NCBI GenBank assembly: GCA_964016885.1
Contig: OZ024740.1
Coordinates: 93,930,001-93,994,000, forward strand
Source: Eledone cirrhosa
Lineage: Eukaryota
DNA length: 64,000 nucleotides
Direction: 5' to 3'
A program made the position numbers and the translations under genes. Positions 1-13,736 of this stretch are shown here, in pieces (position 1 is the first letter of the stretch; each line of letters opens with the position of its first letter). The notes under the pieces are model-generated. The model was not told where the DNA came from. It worked only from the letters and a program-made list of their open reading frames with translations, and made no database searches.

Positions 1-3000
1 CTCCTTCTCACTCTTCCATTAGAGCTTAAGATCGTCCATGAAGAGGATGTGATTGATGGTAAGCTCTCCCTTTCCCAACTTATATCCTGCTCTCACTAAT
101 CGAAGTATAATGGTCAGAGGCATCAGGGCAAGGACAAACAACAGAGGGGACAGACTATCTCCCTGGGAGATACCTCTCTTGATTTTCACGCCCCCTAAGG
201 ATTCTCCAGCTGATGTTAACTCTGTTTTCCAGGACTTCATACTTTTGCTCAACAACTGTCTGATATTATCTGCCACCTTGAAGATCTCTGGACTTTTGGT
301 GATCCAAGAATGAGGCACCATGTCAAATGCCTTTTTGTAGTCTAACCATCCCATGGAAAGACCAGTGTGTCTCCTCTTGCAATTCCTCATTACCATCTTA
401 TCGGTAAGTAACTGGTCTTGTGTACCACTGGACTTCTTTCGGCATCCTTTCTCTTCGTCCGGTAACAAGTTGTTTGTGTGGAGGTGATGGTAGATTTCCT
501 CAGACACAATGCTCGTCAACAGTTTCCACATTACGGACAGACATGTGATAGGTCTATAGTTGGTAACATCATTACCCTTGCTTCGGGTTTTCATTACCAG
601 AACTGTGGTACCTTTTGTCAACTACTCTGGTACCTGACCTGACATCAAGCAGTCATTGAACATGGTTGTCAGTTTCGGGTGGAGGGATGTTATATTTTTA
701 ATCCAATACCCCTGCATACCATGGGCCTGGTGATTTCCAGTTGGTTATTTTGTTGGCCTGCCCCTTAAGATTTTCAACTGTGATTCTCAAATAAGTTTTG
801 TGTGTGCCTGTTCACTAATATCCTTTTGTACTGTCTCAATTCACACTGCCTGGTCATTATGTTTAACACCCTGCTCCCATATTCCTCTCCAGAATGTCTT
901 AGTTTGTTCCGCCTCAGGGATCAAGTCGTTGCTTCTTTCTTTCCCTTCAAGCTGTCCAAACAACATCCTCTGGTTGTTGTCAAACATGCAGTTCTGTCTG
1001 TACTGACTGACTCTGCTCTCGTATTGCCGGATTTTTGCACTCTTTTCTACAATGCGTTGCTTCAGTTACTCTATGATAATATTTAGACTTTTCCTCCTAG
1101 TTTTGTACTTTATTTCCAGTCTATTTTTAGTGTATATGTTTTTTAGTGTCCAATTAAGTAGGGACTCAAGCTTTCCAATGTCATTTCTCATTTCCCTGAT
1201 TTGACCATTCAGTCGTTTCTTCCACCAATATTCTGATCTTTCTTGTTTGCTGTTTCCTCTCGCTTTCATGCCAAGTAATATCCTCACCGCATTTGCTGTT
1301 GCTTTGAGGATACTGTTGCACTGGTGAAGGCTTATCGCCTCAAAGTATGGGCTGACTTTGTTTACCTTAGCTGTTGTTTCTTTTAACTTTTTCATGTCTA
1401 CAAATCTTAGGTTCATAGGTTTCCCACTATCATTGTTCATTTCATCTACCACTAAGTTTAAGATATCAACCAAATATTGTCCGAGCTCGTCAGCATTCAT
1501 CTCCTCAATGGCCGTATGTCTGTTCCAGGTATTTTTTATTTCAGCATTCAGATCATTCTCTATTTCGGATGGTTCCTCCGTTCTCTCAACCTCTTCACCT
1601 TCATTTCCCACTGGCTCGTTTGCCTGTCATACTCCACTCTCCATTTCCAACCTAATCTCTCTGCTCAGTTCCTCCAGTTCCAGCTCGCTTATCCACCCAT
1701 TAGTTCATATTACCCGATCCTGCCCGGCCAAATTTTGGTTAAATAGACCAATCTCGTTCCATATGTTATGCATCCGTTTTCTATAGCCTTTTTCCTTGGG
1801 GTTACTCTTCAGGTAACATTGCATAACAGTTCTATTCAATTCTTTCGTCTAGTTGGTTCTGGTCCCTTTCTTTCTTCTTCTTCTGACACCAGCAGTATTT
1901 AGTTGACAGCCAGGTCCCTGCTGCTGAGCCAGGGAGCACCAGCTTTGTGAGAGTCTATCACATGACATTCCAGTCTCCACTTCACCGTTATTCGAACTGT
2001 TTAGTTTCGACATTGAAACACGCTTATCGAGGATTGGTGAATGTATGGTTACATAACCACCGCTGATTTCATCACCTCCGGAGATTTGATCACCCCCGGT
2101 GATTTTAGCGTGGCACTATCACGCTGTAGACGAACATAAATAAACAAACAAACAAATAGGTAAAAAAAAACCAAAATAAGCATGAGTTTAATTGTAATGT
2201 AATGTTTGAATGTCTGACTTAGTTTTTTTGCTTGTATGACTGTCGGTTTGCTTTACTTTTCTATTTTTCTTTTCTTTGCGTTTTTCGTTGCTGCTGTGCT
2301 GTTTTTATTTTTATTTTTATTTATTTTTTGTTTGACCTGGTCATTAAATCAGTCTATTTATATATTTTGATGCCTTCCTCATTTAGTGGGAATACTATGA
2401 TGCCTGTCTTTGCAGGAGGTAGTGGGAGAGAATAGCGGCGGTAGCGATAATGAGGCAGTGTCGGTGGTGGTGGTGATGTGCTAGTAATACATAGCAGGAG
2501 GTAGTGGGAGAGGATAGCGGCGGTAGCGATAATGAGGCAGTGGTGGTGGTGGTTTTGTGCTAGTAGTACTTATCAGGAGGTATTGGGAGAGAATAGCGGC
2601 GGTAGCGATAATGAGGCAGTGGTGGTGGTGATGTGATCGTAGTACTGTAGTGATGGTTTTGAAGTTGAAGTAGAAATAGTAGTTGAGGTAACTTGACTAG
2701 AGTTTTTGGCGTGGTGATGGTGGCGTTGGCGTTGTTGGTGGTGAAATGATTTGCATGTCTGTCCACTTAGCCATTTTTCTCTTTTTCGACTATAACATTT
2801 CTGATCCAAAATTAAATATTATTTATTGGAGCCCTATGCCGTAATGTGATGTGTTGTCGCCTGCTGAGGGTAAAGCTGTAATCGTATATTTCATTTGTAA
2901 TAAGAATTATTCTAGCACAGTTGGTTTAAATAAGTAAAAATCAAAAACTTACGGGAGCGATTCCATAACGATATATATCCACCATGTGCGTTTTCTTCCC
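1..3000 (-). mobile_element. R4/Dong-like RLE non-LTR retrotransposon, family A copy 1 (5' half, cut by window edge, decayed)
   Basis: RT motifs NYRPITCL, WLDYKKAFD, GISQGDSLSP, FMDDLKL (ORF 19-621). Colinear with 33040-36108. Likely ATG at 2013 (-). 5' terminus GGGAAGAAAACGCAC at 3000 abuts a TTA run. Confidence 0.9.
2412..2655. repeat. ~81-bp tandem repeat x3 in the 5' leader of Dong-A copy 1
   Basis: CAGGAGGTA(G/T)TGGGAGAG...GCGGCGGTAGCGATAATGAGGCAGTG recurs at about 2413, 2495 and 2574. Confidence 0.9.
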
Positions 3001-3015
3001 TTATTATAATTATTA

Positions 3016-3202
3016 GGGCGGTGAATTGGCAGTATCGCTAGAGGATCGGACGCCATGCTTTCACGTATGGAGTTACGGGCCTTGCCATTCTGAGTTCAAA
3101 TCCCGCCGAGGTTAACTTTGCCGTTCATCCTTACGGGGTCGATAAAATAATGTACCAGTATATTACTGGGTATTTGCTGGCCTTGTGCCAAATGTAGAAA
3201 CA
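3016..3202 (+). mobile_element. tRNA-headed SINE (Nin/Deu-like core), followed by (ATT)n
   Basis: A-box-like TGGCAGTATCG, B-box GAGTTCAAATCCC, core TTCATCCTTACGGGGTCGATAAAATAATGTACCAGT. Related copy at 46958-47141. Confidence 0.85.
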
Positions 3203-3235
3203 ATTATTATTATTAGTATTATCATTATTATTGTT

Positions 3236-6200
3236 GGTGAAGCCACGCTTCTTATCGCGTCCAGATTTTTTTCAACGTTACCTTTTATTCAAGTTTTAAA
3301 TTTGATAACAGCTTAGAAGAAGTGACCCACCTAATACAGGGGTTGAATAGTAAATAATACGGCACCCCTTTACGGGGTGTCGTATTCGTATTCGTATTCG
3401 TATTTGTGTAAAAACTATTTTATTGAAAAATTTTAACATGGATAACACAAGAAAGAGAGAGAGCGCTGTCAGTCAACACAGAAAGAGGGAGACTTTATCA
3501 GCATGTCAACAAGACAGCGTTCCAGCGGAGGTAAATATAAACGAAAATATTACAAAGGAACAAAAAGATAGTTACAGATTTAAAATTAACAAATATTGCT
3601 AACACAAACAACACGAACAATAACACCAACAATAACAACAACAAGAACACCAACAACAACACCATCAATAACAACAGCAACAACAAAAATAACAGCGGTA
3701 AGGTCGAGAACGACAATAACAAAAATAACAGCGGTAAGGTCCAGAACGACAATAACAATGACAATAACAACAGCCACAACAACAAAAATATAAGGAACAG
3801 TATCAACAAAAACAACAATAATAACAACAGCCACAATAACAGTAACAACAGCAACAGTATCAACGAAAACAATAACAACACCAACAACTGTACCAACGAA
3901 AACAACAATAATGACACCGATAACTGTAATAGCGATCTCAGAAACCACCAGTAAGACCAGTAGCGGCAGCATTAGTGGTGCTGCTGAAAAAGTGACCACT
4001 ACATTTGCAGGTGTCACGCGAAATATCGAGACAGTGTTAGTCACAGAGGTGGAGATGGCAGTCGCAAGGGCCATGGTAACAAGAAGCGCAAATAGAGTTT
4101 CCCTGAAACCTCCACCCGATTTTTTCAAGGACCAGCTTCTACGGAGGGGGACTTGCCGCACCGTAAGCACAATCTCACATCAGGTGGAGAGAGCCACGGA
4201 GGCCCAAATCCAAAAGGCCTTGGGGTGCGTCTGGGCATGCAAAACCCACATCACCCGAGGCAGAAAGTACGCCACAGTAGACTTATTTTCGCCACCCCCC
4301 AGGAAGCAAAGCCTCACTCTTTGGAAACCCTAAAGAGTGAGGAGATAATATGGGTGCCCTCCTACTGCGGGCAGAAAATTGTGAAGGTCAAAGTAACCCA
4401 GGTCCCACCCAACGTGCCCATACCTTGGCTGGCCGCGTCTGTCCTTGCTGGAATCGAGAACAGGGCGACCATGCTGCAAGTAGAAAAAATGGGGATAGAG
4501 TACTGGTCAGGTATAGGCATGCAAATGCTTATACAAACTAACCAGGAATGTATCGACGCTATCCCCGATATCATAGACATCGAGGAAGGATTCCGACTCC
4601 CTATAAGTATAGAAGAAAGACGGCCACAATGTTATCTCTGTGGGGTCGAAGGGTCACCTCAGGGCCTTTTGCCCGGAGAAGACAGCGAAGAAGGACCCTC
4701 TCCTTCAAATACCTGGTCCGCTGCTACCAAGAGCAGGGCAAGAAACAAACGTAGAAGCCCCTTCCACGGTGAGTAGAAGAGGCAACGTCCTTAGCACCCG
4801 TACCAATGCCATGGACAACAAAAGCAGCATCATCAGTATCGGCAACACCAATAGCTCCATTTGAAGTAGCTACACCAACAACAACATTGCCGAAGAGGGC
4901 TCCACTACCACCACCAACAGCCGTGGAATACATATCCCTCCCAGACGCCACATAATCCGACATGGAGTTTGAGGCGGGAGTGAAGTGGCAAACGGTCTGC
5001 TACAAAAAACAAATAAGAAAAAAAACCCGTTAGATTCACCCTCCAAAAGCGAAGGCATGCAAAGAGGGGTAAAGGCAGCAAGGAAATTTGCAGCAACACC
5101 ACCACCATCACCACCACAAACACCAACAACGCAAACACAACAAGACACACACACCAAACAGCAACAAGAAGAAAACAGCAACAAAATCCACCCTCCCGCC
5201 AAAAATTACACAGCCATAAACATGGGAAAAAAAGAACTCATACCATATATAAAGCAGCACACAGACATCACAGAAAAAAAACTACTACACCCCACCGACA
5301 CCAAGAACTCTCGCGACAAACATAAGCATCATCGAAATCTCAATAGAACAGTACAAACATTTCAAACAAAAATTCCCCAAAGCAGTTGGAGACTTCAGAG
5401 TGTCGGTTACCAAGAGGATATAGACTGACATCCTCTTGGAAACACCCATCACCAGCTAAAGGGACGGTTCTACTGTCCCTTCACCACACGAACAAGGTAA
5501 GTTACCCTTTCTCACTTGCCCCGTTTCTCATCCAACATGGCTGTACTCAGAATAGGCAGTATAAATGCTCGTGCCTGGGGTCATCTTCGAAGCAGGGTCA
5601 CCTTCTCATTGAGCTCAGGTCACTAAACATAGATGTGCTGGCCATCAGTGAAACCAGAATCTCCGAAGCACAAGCCTTCGCACTGATCTTGGACGGCTAC
5701 GATGTATACGCATCTCCCAGCCGTCCAGGATCGGGGGAGGGGAGGGGTTGCCGACCTTTTTCGGAGAGGCTTGGATCTCGCGATACGGGCTATCTTCCTG
5801 CACCCAGAAGTTAAGTCGGGGGTGCTGGACGTGGCGGCAGCGAAGGCAAAGCTTTCAGGCTAGTAGCCGTCTACGCGACAGCAGGGGTAGGAAGGCCAGA
5901 TTTCTTACGACGTCTAGAGACCTTCCTTGGAAGGTCCCGCTCTTTAGTGTTAGTCGTCGACTGGAACGGTATCTTGGATGGAGGCTGGGATCGTGTGTGG
6001 CTAGTGGATAGAGGAGGAGGGAGCAAGAGACTCACCAACCTGCTCAGACGTTTTCAACTGTCTCACAGGTATCAACTGCATCACCCGAATGTCCCAATGT
6101 GGACATGGACAAACCGCATCGGCTCATCCAGATCGTATCTCGATAGGGTATTCTGCAGAGAACTTGATATGGCTAGTATAAGTTGTCCACAATTTAAAAT

Positions 6201-9200
6201 AGTCAACTAGACAGATCACGAATTTGTGATCTGTGAGATCGACATAGACAGATTCATAGACAAGGGCCTGGTTAATGGAAGCTAAACGCGTCTTTCCCGG
6301 CGCGCAAAGCCTACAGAGACCGGATTAGAGTATTAGTTAAGCGGGCGTTGACGGGAGCGGTCGTCAACAACAGGTGATGGTTCGCCCTGAAAAGGGCAAT
6401 TGAAGTAGAGTCGATTAGGTTTAGCAAAGGAGTAGTAATAGAGGAAAATAGAGTAGAGCGAGAGCTAGTCAGAAAGCTAGAAGAGGCGTTTGGAACAGGC
6501 ATCGCAACCGACGTGCTTGCGGCGAGATTGGCACTCGACCAATTCTTCAACGTAAAACACGAAGGCTGCGTTGTCAGAGCTAGAGCAGGTGCTCTGAAAC
6601 ACGAGGAGACAAAAGCCATCCAATGGGCCCGGGTGGCAGAGGCGCGACGTGGCAACACAGCCACAATTCGGTCTTTCTCTGACCAAAACGGGTGCGTGAT
6701 GCTCGAACCCGAGCGAATGTGTGAAGCTTTTCAGCAGCACTTTTCTGAACTGTTCGGGAGCGGCGGCGGTCCGGATCGGGGCATGGACTTTACTGCATAG
6801 CTCGACGGACTGCCTCGGCTCTCGACGACCGCAGCACAGTGTTGCGAAAAGCCAATAACAGCCGGTGGAATACGGGAAGCGATGGCTTACTGCACAAGAG
6901 GTAAATCGCCAGATTTAGATGCTCTGTCCTACGAGCTTTATGCATTTATGACTGACTTGTCGGTGACCTCTTGGCAGATGTCTACTGCAACTGGCAGCAG
7001 AACGGGGGGAGCATTCCCAGTTTTGTGAGCCGCGGAGCCGTTGCGCTGCTGAGAAAAGAACTGAAAAATGGGGATGTTATCGATAAGTTCAAGACCCATA
7101 ACTCTGCTAAACGAAGAGTTCAAGATTTTGGCCAAGGTTTTAGCAACGAGGTTGGCGCTTGTCGTCAAGGGTCTGGTGAGAGAGGCGCAGACATGGGACA
7201 TTCTGGACAGATACACACACGACAACCTCCACCTCATGCGATACATCATAGAGAGGGTAGTTAAGGAACCTGGCAAGGGTAGGTCCCTGATCAACTTGGA
7301 TCAATCCAAAGCATTCGATATGGTCGACCATCGGTACCTGGCGGCGATCCTCGAGGCAGCCGGTTCCGGCCCCGTTTTCGGGGGTTGGATCGCAGCAATG
7401 TACAGCGACATCTGCTCAGTTGTGAGGGTGAACGGTCACCTGTCGCAGCCGTTCAGCATCATGCGCTCTGACCGCCAGGGTTGTCCCCTCTCGTCCCTCT
7501 TGTACGTATTGTCTCTCGAGCCGTTATTGCACAAACTGGGGGCGATGAGGGGCGTCCCACGCGAAAAAAGATTTGGGAAATCCGAGTCGGCTTGCGCTGA
7601 CGACGTCACCGTGGTGGTGTCGAGCACCAGATACGTCCAGATGCTCGGCACGGCTCTCAAGGAATACGAAGCGGTGACAGGAGCAAATATAGCCAGGAAA
7701 AACGATGGGCTTGAAGCTCCGCACCTGGAGAGGCAAGTCGATGCCGTCCGACAGCGTCGTGGGGTGTTGGACGGACGGAGCGTTTACATTGCTCGGGATC
7801 TGGTTCGGAACGGACCTTCAGATGGAGAAAAACTGGAACGAGGAGACGTGCAGGGTGGCCTCCCTCACCCATACATGGGCTGAGAGCAAGCTGTCCCTGA
7901 AAGGCCAGGCGGAGGTGGTGAATGTGTACATCGCATCCGCCATCTGCTACCGCCTCACCGTCGTCCCTTGCTCCAGCCCAACTCTCACCAAAATGGTGGC
8001 CTCCTCTTCCGGCTTTTGTGGAAAGGACGCGCTCCCATGGTCAGACGATCCATCTGCTGTCAACACCCGTTGCGTGGAGGACTGGGCATGCCAGGGCTGA
8101 TGATGCACAAACATGCGCTGAGGGTGAGACATCTCTGGTGCTTCCTCGATTGTGAACGGGTGTGGTCGCCGTTCGCCAGGCACATTTTCCCACAGCTCGT
8201 CTCCTTGACGGAGCTGGAGTCCTGGGTCAGAAAAAGTCCGAGGGATAGCGCTTGGAAACTAGAATGTCTCCAGGCGCTCACTGCCCTCTCCCAGTTGGGC
8301 ACCAGTATCGGTGGATCATCCACCTCGGCGTTCTATAGAGGACTAGTGGAGGGGAAGTGCGACGACATTCTCGGAGAGATCATGGGCATCGAAAAAGATC
8401 AGCTGATTGCTCTCTTCCGGAGAACTTTCAGCCCAGGGCCTATGGATAACTTCCAAAAATCTTTGGCCTGGCTGTGCTACCGGGGAGCGCTGCCGGTTCG
8501 AGATAAGCTCTACAGGCATGGAAGTGCCGTCAGCCGAACCTGTCCGAGATGCGCGTATAGCGACGAAACCATTGTGCACGCACTCGTTCAGTGCCCGAGC
8601 ATTGCTGACTTCTGGAGCTATGTCGACAGTTGCTGTCGCGTGTAGGACTGATCCGTTTATCGACCGAGTCCATTGTGCAGATGGTCTCACCGTCTTCCTT
8701 CGTGGAGGAAGGGCAGGCTGTTTTCATCTGCCTGGTGGACATGGCGAAAGAGATTGTGTGGTGGACAAGGTTAAAAGGATTAAAGACAAACACTTTCCTC
8801 TTCGGCGAATCCCTAATTAACTTTTTCAAGTTTCACTTGAAGAGGAAAATCAGGGTGGAGAGGCAAGTGCTGCTTTCTAGCAAGTTTGTTGAAAGGTGGG
8901 TGAATGTAGCGGGAATGTCCGAGTGAACGGGACCACTCTGAATATGCGTCTGTAGTTTGAGAGATGGACAAATTGAGAGAGGGCGCTTGCCCTGGTAGTC
9001 AGAGTGGCCGAGGTCTTTTGTGTGGATTTCGCCACGAGTAACCCTCGGAGGTTTCCCCCCTATTGGGGAATTTGTCATTGTTTCAATTTTCATTTTATTG
9101 TTTATATATATATATCTTTTATGTATTTTTATTTTATTTTCTTATATAAATAATAAAAAAAAAATGTACACGCACAAAACCCACATCGTTCCGCCCTGTT

Positions 9201-9251
9201 CCGTCTGTGATGTTTTTATTGATGTCAGCCCCTGTGGCCAATAAATAAATC
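3236..9251 (+). mobile_element. Tx1/L1-clade non-LTR retrotransposon copy 1 (full length, decayed; 5' type I)
   Basis: ORF1 from ATG 3438 with a CX2CX4HX4C knuckle split by a frameshift. ORF2 5537-8955 with APE (ISETR, SYLDRVF), RT (LDQSKAFD, QGCPLS, ADD) and zf-RVT (CPRC..H..C). Ends AATAAATAAATC before (ATT)n. Confidence 0.92.
5537..8955 (+). pseudogene. Tx1 copy 1 ORF2 (APE-RT-zf-RVT), many stops and frameshifts
   Basis: ORF-track fragments between 5386 and 8926 are colinear with ORF2 of copy 3. Confidence 0.9.
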
Positions 9252-9284
9252 ATTATTATTATTATTATTATTATTATAATTATT

Positions 9285-12200
9285 GGCGAACTACGTAGTA
9301 AATCGTATCATCGTGAGCTCCGCAAAGGTTTGTTATTTCCGTTTGTTAAAAATTGCCATTTATGGAAAATTTTTATTGCTAGCCCTATATAAGCGCACAT
9401 ACATTGTTTTCCGAAAATGACACCCAAAAAGATTAGGGCCTTGTGCCCAAAATTTAAACTTTTATGATTATCAAAAAATGGCTAAATCACCGCTGCACCA
9501 AGTAGCTGAGAGCCTTCCTCACAAACTAACACCTCAAACCGACACCACTATTGTAGTTATTACTACGTTTGCCAACACTAAAAATTTAAGCAGTGGCAAT
9601 ATTTTTAATTTGTCTCAGGCAGACATTCATTTCCCGCCATTACCAATGACTGCAGGTGTTAAAGCCGCCACCACCCCCACCACCGCGACAACCACCACCC
9701 CACCACCACGGCGGCAATAGATAACAAAAAAAAAATCGTGATGTCGAAATGAATTCAAACAGAATGGACTCTTCCACACCGAGCACCATCGACGTCACCA
9801 CCACCTCAACTGAAACTAAAATTAATAATAACAAAAATAACGATAACAACAAGAGCAACAATGACATTAAAAAAAACCACCCTGAATTTTGCCAGAGTAG
9901 CAAAACAGTGCGAATCATTTACGGTAACTCAGGAGGAATTAGAAAATGCCAAAAAAATGGTAAAGAAAGATGGGTACAGGGTCAGCCTCACCCCCCCCCC
10001 CCACACACACACACACACCACCACTACACACCTAATAAAATGGAGTATCGGCGCCTATGCACCGTGACGTATCGATCAATTAATGTAAAATGGCGCCGAG
10101 TGGAACGGGCATCCGACTCCCAAATCCAAAAGGCTTTCGGACATGTGTGGGCAAGAAAAACCCACATCAGACGTGGCAGTAGTATGGAACTTCGGCGGCT
10201 ACGATGTGTACGCATCTCCCAGCCGTTCGGGATCGGGGGTGGAGTTGCTGTGCTTTTTCGGAGAGGTTTGGATCTTGCCATACGGGCCATCTTCCTGGAC
10301 CCATAAGGTAAGTTGGTGGTGCTGGACGTGACCAGCCGAGACGGGCAAGCATTAAGGTTAGTGGCCGTCTATGCCCCGACAGGAGCAGGGCGGTCTGATT
10401 TCTTTCGGCGTCTGGATACCTTTCTTGGAACGCCCCGCTCTTTAGTGTTAGTGGGCGACTGGAACGGGGTCTTAGATACACGCTGGGACTGTGTGGGATT
10501 AGTGGATAGGGGAGGACGTTGCAAGAGTCTCACCAACCTGCTCAGGCGTTTTGAACTGTCTGACAGGTACCGATTGGATTTCCCGAATGTACCAATGTGG
10601 ACTTGGACAAATCGCAGAGGGTCATCCAGATCATATCTAGATAGAGTATTTTGTAGGGCAATAGATAGTTCTAGCATAGGTGGTCCACAATTCAAGATAG
10701 TCAGCTACACGGACCACAAATTCGTGATCTGTGTGCTTGACTTAGATAGGCTTCATAGACGAGGACCCGGCTACTGGAAGCTAAATGTGTCCTTACCAGC
10801 GCGCAAGGCCTACAGTGACCGGATTAGCGAACTAGTTAAGCGGGCGTTGACGGGGGCTATCGTCAACAACAAGTTGTGGTTTTGCTCTGAAAAGAGCAAT
10901 TAGAATAGAGTACATTAGGTTTAGTAAGGCTTTAGCAATAGAAACAAATAGAGCAGAGGGAGAATTAGTTAGAAAATTAGACGAGGCGCTTTGCAAAGGC
11001 ATCGCGACCGACGTACTTGCGGCGAAATTGGCCCGTGACCAATTCTTCAATGCAAAGCACAAAGGCTGCGTTGTCAGAGATAGGGTGCGTGCTCGCAGAC
11101 ACGAGGAGACGAAAGCCGTTCAATGTGCCCGAGTGGCGGAGGCGCGTCGTGGCAACAAAGCTGCAATCCGGTCTTTGGTGGACCACGACAGACGCATGCT
11201 ACTCGATCCCGGGCAAATGTGTGAAGCGTTTCAGCGACACCTCGCTCAACTGTTCGGGAGTAGCGGTGGGCCGGATCGAGGGATGGACTTTAGTGTCTAC
11301 CACGACGGACTGCCGCGGCACTCGGCCACTGAGGCGGAGTGTTGCGAAAAGCTGATAACAGCCGCTGAAGTACGGGAGGCAATGACTGACTGCACAAGGG
11401 GTAAATCGTCTGGTTTGGATGGTCTGCCATATGAACTTTACGTACAAACTCTAGACTTGTTCGGAGGCCTCTTGGCGGACGTCTACTACAACTGGCAACA
11501 GAACAGGAGAATTCGCAGCTCTGTGAGCCGAGGAGCGGTGGCGCTGCTGAGAAAGGTTCCGAACAAGGGGGATAACATAGATAATGTTAAGCCCATAACC
11601 CTGCTAAACACAGAGTTCAAGATTTTGGCCAAGGTGCTAGCAAATAGGTTGGCGCTTGTCATTAGTGGTCTGGTGAAGGAGGCGCAGACATGCGCCATTC
11701 CCGACAGATCCATCCACGACAACCTCCACCTCATGCGATCCATTTTAGAGAGGGTAGCTAGGGAACCTGGCACTGGTGGGGCTTTGATAAATTTAGATCA
11801 GTCGAAAGCTTTCGATAGGGTCGGCCATCGTTACCTTGCGGCAGTCCTGAGGGCGGCTGGCTTTGGGCCCGTCTTAGGAGGCTGGATCGATGCCATGTAC
11901 ACCGAAAACTGCTCTGTGGTGAGAGTGAACGGTCACCTTTGGAACCGTTCAACATCATGCGCTTGCTCCTCCAAGGATATCCCCTCTCGTTCCTCTTGTA
12001 CGTATTGACTCTCGAGCCATTTCAGCACAAACTGGAGACATTAAGGGGGGGTCCCGCGCGAACTAGGATGCGGAAGATCCGTCTCAGCATATGCGGACGA
12101 TGTCACCGTAGTGGTGTCGAACGCCTAACACATTGAGGCGATCGGCACAACACTAAGAGAATACGAAGCGGTAAAAGGAGCAATGATCAACCAGGAAAAA

Positions 12201-13696
12201 CAGTGGGCCTGCTGCTCGGCACCTGGAGAGGCAGGTCCATGCCGTCCAACAGCGTCGTCGGGCGCTGGACGGACGGACGGTTAAATTGCTAGGGGTCTGG
12301 GACTGTCCGGACCTCCAGAGGGACAAAAACTGGGACGAGGTGACGTGCAGGGAGGCTTCTCTAACCCAGAAATGGGCGGAGAGGAAGCTATCCCTGAAAG
12401 GTCGAGCGGAGGTGGCCAACGCGTAAATCGCGTCCGCCATCAACTACCGCCTGACCGTCGTACCTTGTCCTAAGCTCCGCCTGACGGCGCTGGAGCGTTT
12501 GCTCTTTCGCCTTTTGTGGAAGCGACGCACGCCGATGGTCAGGCGGTTCATCTGCTGTCAACACCCGCTACGTGGAGGGCTGGGCATGCCGTGGCTGATG
12601 ATGCGCAGACACGCGCTCAGGCTACGACATCTCCGCTTCTTCCTCGACGGTGATCAGGTTTGGTCGCTGTTTGCTAGACACGTCTTTCCCCAGCTCGTCT
12701 CCTTGACTGAGCTGCAGTCCTGGATAAAGCGAAGTCCGAGAGGGAGCGCTTGGAGACTGGAATGTCTTCAGGCGCTCACAACCCTCGACCAATCGGGCAA
12801 TGTGATCGGTGGAAAATCCACCTTGGCATTCTATAGAGGATTAGTGGAGGGGAAGAGCGACGACGTACTTGGAGAAACTCTAGGTGTCAACGAAAATCAA
12901 CTAGCCAATCTCTTCGGAAGGACTTTCGGGCCGGGGCCTATGGGCAACTTCCAGAAATCCTTGTCCTGGCACTGCTACCGGGGAGCTTTGCCAGTTCGGG
13001 ATAAACTCTACAGGCATGGAGGTGCCGTCCGCCGGGCATGTCCGAGATGCGCGCAGGGCGACGAAACCGTCCTGCACGCACTCGTCCAGTGTCCGAGCAT
13101 TGCTGACTTGTGGGTTTATGTCGAACACCTGCTGTCACGGGTAGGACGGATCCAGCTATCAGCTGAGTCCATCGTGAGTATTTCCCCGCCCTCTTCCTTT
13201 AGCCGGGAAGGGCAGGCAGTTTTTATCTGTATGGTGGCCATGGCGAAAGATAGAGTATGGTGGACACGTTTGAAACGGCTGAAGACGAGCCCTTACCTCT
13301 TCGGTGATGCTCTGATTAACTTTTTCAAATTTCATTTGAAAAGGAAAATCAGGGTAGAGAGGGAAGTGCTCTCTTCCCAGCATTTTGTTGAAAGATGGGT
13401 GAGAGAAGCAAGTATAGCCCGAGTGAATGGGCCTACTCTTAGTATGTGTCTGTAAATTAAAGGTGGAAAACTGGGAGACGGCCCTTGCCCTGGTGGTCAG
13501 TGTCACTGTGGTCTTTTAACGGGATTTCTCCACAAATGTCCCTTGGAATCCTCCCCCCTATTGGGGAATTTTTCTTTGTTATTTTATTACAACCTCTGTG
13601 TTTTTTACACGCAGAAATGCCCATCTGTACCGTCCTGTATTGTCCTGTACTGTCCTTAATGTCTACTTTATGTAAACCCTTGTGGTTAACAAAAAA

Positions 13697-13697
<1 letters not shown>
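9285..13697 (+). mobile_element. Tx1 copy 2 (5' type II; internal deletion joining ORF1 to mid-APE at ~10190)
   Basis: 5' part matches 45127-45930. From 10191 it matches ORF2 and 3' UTR of copy 3. (ATT)n on both flanks. Confidence 0.9.

Positions 13698-13736
<39 letters not shown>

Noticed and set aside
2412-2655. CRISPR-like array
   Set aside because: Eukaryotic context, no unique spacers and no cas genes; simple tandem triplication.
3498-4170. Hydrophobic membrane-like ORFs on - (also 21179-21718, 22076-22717, 37417-38115)
   Set aside because: Antisense shadows of AAC/ACA-rich Tx1 ORF1.
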